Source: Thermoanaerobaculia bacterium
GTDB taxonomy: Bacteria > Acidobacteriota > Thermoanaerobaculia > Multivoradales > Multivoraceae
Reading direction: 5' to 3'
Length of the DNA: 64,000 nt
Assembly (NCBI GenBank): GCA_963664405.1
Contig: OY761158.1
Location: 1,696,001-1,760,000 of the forward strand
The position numbers and the translations under genes are program-made. The notes beneath the pieces are model-generated. The model saw nothing but the letters and a program-made list of their open reading frames with translations, had not been told where the DNA came from and ran no database searches. Of the stretch, positions 59,432 to 64,000 are shown in pieces (the stretch's first letter is position 1; the number at the start of each line of letters is the position of its first letter).

Positions 59432-60273
59432 GGCTCGATGGGGGCCTCGGGATCGTGGAAGTCGGTCCACCTCCCGAGGTACTGGCCTCCGTCGGCAACG
59501 ATCGAAGACCCGTTTATGTATCGGGCGGCGGGCGAGCATAGGAAGAGAGCGATCGCCGCCATCTCGTCTGACTCGCCAAAACGGTGGGCGGGGATCTCAC
59601 GCAGAGCGTAGGCCGCGTGGTCGTCCTTGTCGGAGTGAGCGAACTCTTCTTCATTGAGACCCCGCGTCTGGACCATTCCCGGCGCCAGCGCGTTCACCGT
59701 GACGTCGCGATGCGCCCAGTGGTAAGCGAGGCTCTTGCTCAGGCTGACGACTCCTGCGCGGGCCGCTCCCGAGTGCGCCCAATCCGGCCCGCCGCGATCG
59801 AAGGAGTAGATGTGAACGACGTTGACGATCGAGCCGAAGCCCCGCGACAACATGTGGCGTCCGAAGCGCGAGCACATGTTCCAAGTGCCGTTGAGATTGA
59901 GATCGACGACCGCGCGCCAGCCCCCGTCACTGATCTCGGTGGGGCGGGCGGGAAATTGTCCGCCGGCATTGTTGATCAGGAAATCCACCTGGCCGAAGCG
60001 CTCGATGCTCCCCTCCAACAACGCCTCGACCTCGCCGATCTCGCGAATGTTTGTCGGCATCGACAGGCATTCGGCGCCTAGCGACGTCAACTCTTCCTCG
60101 GTCGGATCGAGATTCTCACGGTGCCGACTCGCGATCACGACATTGGCGCCGTAGCGGCCAAAAGCAAGAGCAATTCGTCGCCCTATCCCGCGCCCGCCAC
60201 CGGTCACGACGACGGTGCGCCCCGCGAACAAACCCGGGGCGAATACATTCAGAGATGCGTGAAAGTCAATCAT
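59428..60273 (-). CDS. SDR oxidoreductase (trans-2-enoyl-CoA/2,4-dienoyl-CoA reductase-like)
   Basis: TGGGRGIG, NNAGGQF, HSGAARAGV, VNALAPG. Confidence 0.9.
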   Translation of the reverse strand: MIDFHASLNVFAPGLFAGRTVVVTGGGRGIGRRIALAFGRYGANVVIASRHRENLDPTEEELTSLGAECLSMPTNIREIGEVEALLEGSIERFGQVDFLINNAGGQFPARPTEISDGGWRAVVDLNLNGTWNMCSRFGRHMLSRGFGSIVNVVHIYSFDRGGPDWAHSGAARAGVVSLSKSLAYHWAHRDVTVNALAPGMVQTRGLNEEEFAHSDKDDHAAYALREIPAHRFGESDEMAAIALFLCSPAARYINGSSIVADGGQYLGRWTDFHDPEAPIEP

Positions 60274-60371
60274 ATTGGAGCGCCCACCCTGCGTTCCACC
60301 GCCTACTTCAAAGAGGCGGAATCTTACCATCGACAAAAAGAGGATCAATTCCTCTCTCTGGGGCCAACCGT

Positions 60372-60914
60372 TTAGTACGCGCGCACCGAAAACAACCGAC
60401 TCCCTGAAGTGGGGCTGCCACTCCAAGTGAGGCGCAGCCGCTGCACCTGTTGGTCCTCCGCCTGCCATGCCGGAGCACTGCTCAGATCGAAGCGAATCAG
60501 CTTCGGACTCGCCGCTGTCGAGACGACAGAGCGGTTGGGGGTGAAAGCATCGTCCTGCGCCCACCACAGTCTGAAAACCAGCGCATCGAGGCCTTCTCCT
60601 TCGAGCATCAACCCGTCGATCTCCGGCGCCAAGAGATAGACCGACCAGTGGAATCGCCCCTCCGCGCCCTCGAGCGCCAGGCCTCCCTCATCACAGGTCA
60701 CGGTCGTCGAGTCCTGCCGAAACTTCCACAGGTCCTCACCCATGTTGCAGCCGGCGATCCAATAGTGAACGCCACGGGGGTCCCAAGGCGCTGAGCGAGA
60801 GGGGCCGGCTGACGAATCGACGGCTGACTCCCTGCCTCCCTCTCCGCCAGAAGGAGGGACGCAAGCGAGACAGACGAAGCCGATCGACAGCCCGGCAATG
60901 CCGAGAACAGACAT
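60372..60914 (-). CDS. Hypothetical lipoprotein
   Basis: Lipobox CLAC; carbohydrate-binding-like tail (FDLSSAPAW...VQRLRL). Confidence 0.55.
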   Translation of the reverse strand: MSVLGIAGLSIGFVCLACVPPSGGEGGRESAVDSSAGPSRSAPWDPRGVHYWIAGCNMGEDLWKFRQDSTTVTCDEGGLALEGAEGRFHWSVYLLAPEIDGLMLEGEGLDALVFRLWWAQDDAFTPNRSVVSTAASPKLIRFDLSSAPAWQAEDQQVQRLRLTWSGSPTSGSRLFSVRAY

Positions 60915-60945
60915 CGCGGTCGGTCGAAGATCTGTCGAGGCGATA

Positions 60946-61112
60946 CTAGTGGACCGTAACACTTGAACGTTTAGTGGCTGAGCGAGTCATCGTGGTCGAG
61001 ATCAAGGCGCGCCGACGCAGGCATAGCGGGGACTATGTCGAGGAGGCGCAACGTAGAGATCGGCCGCGAGGGCCGCTCAGGCGCTAAACGTTTGGGTGTT
61101 ACGGTCCACTAG
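60946..61112 (+). mobile_element. Palindromic ERIC/MITE-like element, arm family B, copy 2
   Basis: Perfect 17-bp inverted ends ctagtggaccgtaacac/gtgttacggtccactag. Confidence 0.8.
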
Positions 61113-61118
61113 GGTGAC

Positions 61119-61313
61119 TCAGCGATGCGGGCACTTGAGCCTCGCGCTCGAAGCGCGCCATCCGTTGCTCGTCCGAGGCGAAAGCCTCTCGGGAAGCACC
61201 TTGAGGGCGACGGCGCGGTTGAGCCGGGTGTCGATTGCTCGATATACCTCGCCCATCCCGCCTTCGCCGACTCTGGCGCTAATCTCGAAATGGCCGATCA
61301 ACTTGCCGATCAC
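61119..61313 (-). pseudogene. N-terminal remnant of a Hanks-type Ser/Thr kinase
   Basis: [36 protein letters not shown]; ends next to element B2. Confidence 0.8.
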
Positions 61314-61375
61314 GTTTCTCGCCCCGATTCTTGGCCAGGGGGAAGTCATAGTGTATGTCAGACTCACGGCCCAGA

Positions 61376-61921
61376 ATGAGCACTTCAGCAACCCTCGCGC
61401 GCGCTCCTCTACCGCTAGGCGCCTGCATTCTCCTCTCCACTCTCTTTATCCACTTTGGGTTGGCGGCACAGCCGAGTCCTGCGACCTGCGGATCGGCCGA
61501 GCACCGCCAATTCGACTTCTGGATCGGCGACTGGGAAGTCTACGGACCGAACGGCAAGCTCGCCGGCACCAATCGCGTCGAAAAGATCCTCGCCGGATGC
61601 GTGCTGCAAGAGAATTGGGAGAGCGTTCAGGGGGGCCAGGGCAAGAGCTTCAATATGTATTTCAGCCGCGACAAGACCTGGAGGCAGACCTGGGTAGACG
61701 GGGCAGGAGGTAGGCTCGACCTGGTCGGCGGACTTGCGGCGGAGCGCATGGTCTTGCGCGGAGAGATGGCCGGCGACAGCGGCGGAGCGAGGGTACTCCA
61801 CGAGATCTCTTTCACACCTAACGAAGACGGCTCCGTCACCCAGCAGTGGCGAGCGTCTCCGGACGGTGGCGAGACTTGGAAAGACGTATTCGTTGGGATC
61901 TATCGTCGTACCAAGGATTGA
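61376..61921 (+). CDS. Secreted beta-barrel hypothetical protein (DUF1579-like)
   Basis: Signal peptide; [26 protein letters not shown]. Confidence 0.8.
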   Translation: MSTSATLARAPLPLGACILLSTLFIHFGLAAQPSPATCGSAEHRQFDFWIGDWEVYGPNGKLAGTNRVEKILAGCVLQENWESVQGGQGKSFNMYFSRDKTWRQTWVDGAGGRLDLVGGLAAERMVLRGEMAGDSGGARVLHEISFTPNEDGSVTQQWRASPDGGETWKDVFVGIYRRTKD

Positions 61922-62302
61922 GAACAGACGCAGAAGTGCTTTACTGCGATCAGGAGTCTTTGCAGCGCGCCTGGATCCGCAGCAGCAGACAATCCGCGTG
62001 GCTGGGCTCCAGTTGGTGGGCCGTCTGGAGCTCGCAGGTGTTGGTGTGGATCTTGCGCCCGGACCCCCGCAGCTCCGTGCGAAGCTCTGGACCTCGACTG
62101 AGGGCGACAAGTGGTTCAAGCTCGCGTTCGAGAACTTCTTCCGCGGGAGAGCTCGGGCAGGACGCCACTTCGCGCCCGCCATTGCCCTTGGCGATCTCCG
62201 CCTAGAAAGCGGCCGAGCGCGAGTCGATCTATCGGCTCGAGATCCTCGAGGCCGGACACAGCGCTCCGCCATCGGCCCGATCGGCGGTAGACTTCCCTGA
62301 TC

Positions 62303-63097
62303 TTGAGCTCTGTTCTCCGCTTCCTGGGCAGGTCGGTACACAACGCGCTCGAAGACGCCGGCGCGATGTGGCGACTGGGGTCTGCGGCACTGTCCTGCTG
62401 CCTTCTCGGCCCTCTGCGAGGCGAGAGATTTCGCCTCCAGGCGACTATGGACCAGTCGGTCCGGGCCGGTTACAGCTCGTTGCCCCTGGTCGCGCTGATC
62501 TGCTTTCTCGTCGGCATGATCATGGTTCTGCAGTCCGCCTATCAGCTGCAAGAGCTCGGAGCCCTCGATATGGTCGCCAGCCTCGTCGGCATCTCGGTGA
62601 CGCGCGAACTGGCTCCCCTGCTGACGGCGGTCATCGTTTCCGGGCGAGTCGGTTCCGCTATCGCCGCCGAGCTCGGAACGATGCAGGTCTCCCAGGAGGT
62701 CGACGCCATGAAAGTGATGGGGATCGACCCCGTCTCGTTCTTGGTCGTGCCGCGACTGATCGCACTACTGATCGCGCTGCCGTGCCTGACCGTCTTCGGC
62801 GACGTGATCGGTATTTTGGGTGGGCAGTTCGTCGCAGTGACCGTACTCGAGATGTCCGCGAGCCACTACAGCGCCCTGACCCTCGACGCTCTCGTACTCG
62901 AGGACATCTACACCGGCCTGGTGAAGGCAGTGGCCTTTGCCGTTATCATCGGGCTGGTCGGATGCCACCAGGGTCTGTCGACCTTCGGGGGAGCCGACGA
63001 GGTCGGGCGCTCCACAACCGCCGCGGTTGTGCGATCGATCGTTCTGGTCATCGCCGCCGACCTTCTGGTCACAGCCCTCTTCTTCTTTCGCGGATAG
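62303..63097 (+). CDS. mlaE: MlaE family ABC permease
   Basis: RELAPLLTAVIVSGRVGSAIAAELGTM, EVGRSTTAAVV. Confidence 0.93.
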   Translation: MSSVLRFLGRSVHNALEDAGAMWRLGSAALSCCLLGPLRGERFRLQATMDQSVRAGYSSLPLVALICFLVGMIMVLQSAYQLQELGALDMVASLVGISVTRELAPLLTAVIVSGRVGSAIAAELGTMQVSQEVDAMKVMGIDPVSFLVVPRLIALLIALPCLTVFGDVIGILGGQFVAVTVLEMSASHYSALTLDALVLEDIYTGLVKAVAFAVIIGLVGCHQGLSTFGGADEVGRSTTAAVVRSIVLVIAADLLVTALFFFRG

Positions 63098-63101
63098 AAG
63101 C

Positions 63102-63899
63102 ATGGACGTCGAAAAAACGATCCTCGAAGTCAAGTCACTACGCAAGACTCTGGGAGGGCGCTGCGTTCTCGATGGCCTCGACCTAACGGTTCGCTGCGGC
63201 GAGACCCTGGTCATCCTTGGCGGCAGCGGCAGCGGCAAAAGCACTCTGCTACGCATTCTGGTCGGTTTAGAGCCACCCGACGAGGGCTCCGTTCACATCT
63301 GGGGAACCGACATGTATCGGGCCGACAGGAGGGAGCTGGCCCAGATCCGCCGTCGCATCGGCATGTCGTTCCAGGGCAGTGCTCTGTTCGGATCCATGAC
63401 CGTCGCAGAGAACATCGAGCTACCGCTGGCGGAGCTCACAGAAGTGCCGCGAAAGACACGCCGCATCATCGCGCGCATCAAGCTCGGTATGGTGGGACTG
63501 GAAGATTCTATGGATCGGCTACCTTCGGAGCTCAGCGGCGGCATGAAGAAGCGTGCGGCGTTGGCGCGAGCCCTCGCCCTCGACCCCGAGCTGGTGTTCT
63601 TCGACGAGCCCTCGGCCGGCCTCGACCCGGTGACGGCGGCGGGGCTCGATGACCTCCTGATAAAACTCAGAAAGGCCTTCGACATGACGCTGGTCGTGGT
63701 GACCCACGAGCTCGACAGTGCCTTTCTCATCGCCGACCGGCTAGCGCTGATGCACGAGGGCCGTTTTCTGATCGTCGACACCCCGGAAGTGGTGCGTCAA
63801 TGCCAGAACCCGATCGTGCGGCGATTTCTGGATCGCCAGCCGCCCGAACAGGTTGACAACAGTGACAAGTTCCGCGAGTTTCTCAAGGAGCTGAATTGA
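63102..63899 (+). CDS. mlaF: MlaF family ABC ATPase
   Basis: GGSGSGKST, LSGGMKKR, FDEPSAGLDP, VVTH. Confidence 0.93.
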   Translation: MDVEKTILEVKSLRKTLGGRCVLDGLDLTVRCGETLVILGGSGSGKSTLLRILVGLEPPDEGSVHIWGTDMYRADRRELAQIRRRIGMSFQGSALFGSMTVAENIELPLAELTEVPRKTRRIIARIKLGMVGLEDSMDRLPSELSGGMKKRAALARALALDPELVFFDEPSAGLDPVTAAGLDDLLIKLRKAFDMTLVVVTHELDSAFLIADRLALMHEGRFLIVDTPEVVRQCQNPIVRRFLDRQPPEQVDNSDKFREFLKELN

Positions 63900-64000
63900 C
63901 AGTCGGTCGCAATCACGCAAGCGATGCCAAGGTCGGCGCCTTCGTCGTCGTCGCGCTCGCCCTCTTGATCGCCGGCTCGCTGTGGATCGTCGGCTCCAAC
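63896..64000 (+). CDS. mlaD: Probable MlaD/MCE protein, N-terminus (runs off the window edge)
   Basis: AKVGAFVVVALALLIAGSLWI directly after mlaEF. Confidence 0.7.
   Translation, partial: MTVGRNHASDAKVGAFVVVALALLIAGSLWIVGSN

Noticed and set aside
61918-62300. STAS/MlaB gene upstream of mlaE
   Set aside because: One frame looks protein-like, but it has no clear start and no STAS motif; left uncalled.

Overview
GC-rich bacterial window with no rRNA, tRNA, CRISPR array, integrase or transposase that I can recognise. The gene content suggests an environmental organism rich in secreted enzymes, possibly Acidobacteria-like (inference only). 1-22 kb holds secreted catabolic enzymes: four PQQ beta-propeller proteins, a carboxylesterase, a tandem pair of near-identical tannase/feruloyl esterases, several complete or broken DUF3604 genes and a heme c/Vgb-propeller protein. 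19.7-25.5 kb is a toxin-antitoxin cluster (VapBC x2, a VapC remnant, HEPN-MNT, AAA-DUF4143 ATPase). Further on are a frameshifted TonB-dependent receptor, an arylsulfatase, three Gly-rich calycin-like secreted paralogs, a copper amine oxidase upstream of a 2-oxoacid dehydrogenase operon, an ECF42-type sigma/YciI pair, sppA and mlaEFD. The most unusual content is non-coding: (i) a 4 x ~121-bp structured tandem array with a compensatory base change inside the calycin-like cluster; (ii) five ~166-181-bp CTAG-ended palindromic elements in two arm families sharing one core and one optional insert; (iii) a diverged direct repeat present in an empty-like and a cargo-filled-like form; (iv) a variable-hairpin plus conserved-motif repeat. 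Many genes are abruptly truncated and several have 1-bp frameshifts. Assembly or sequencing artefacts cannot be excluded.
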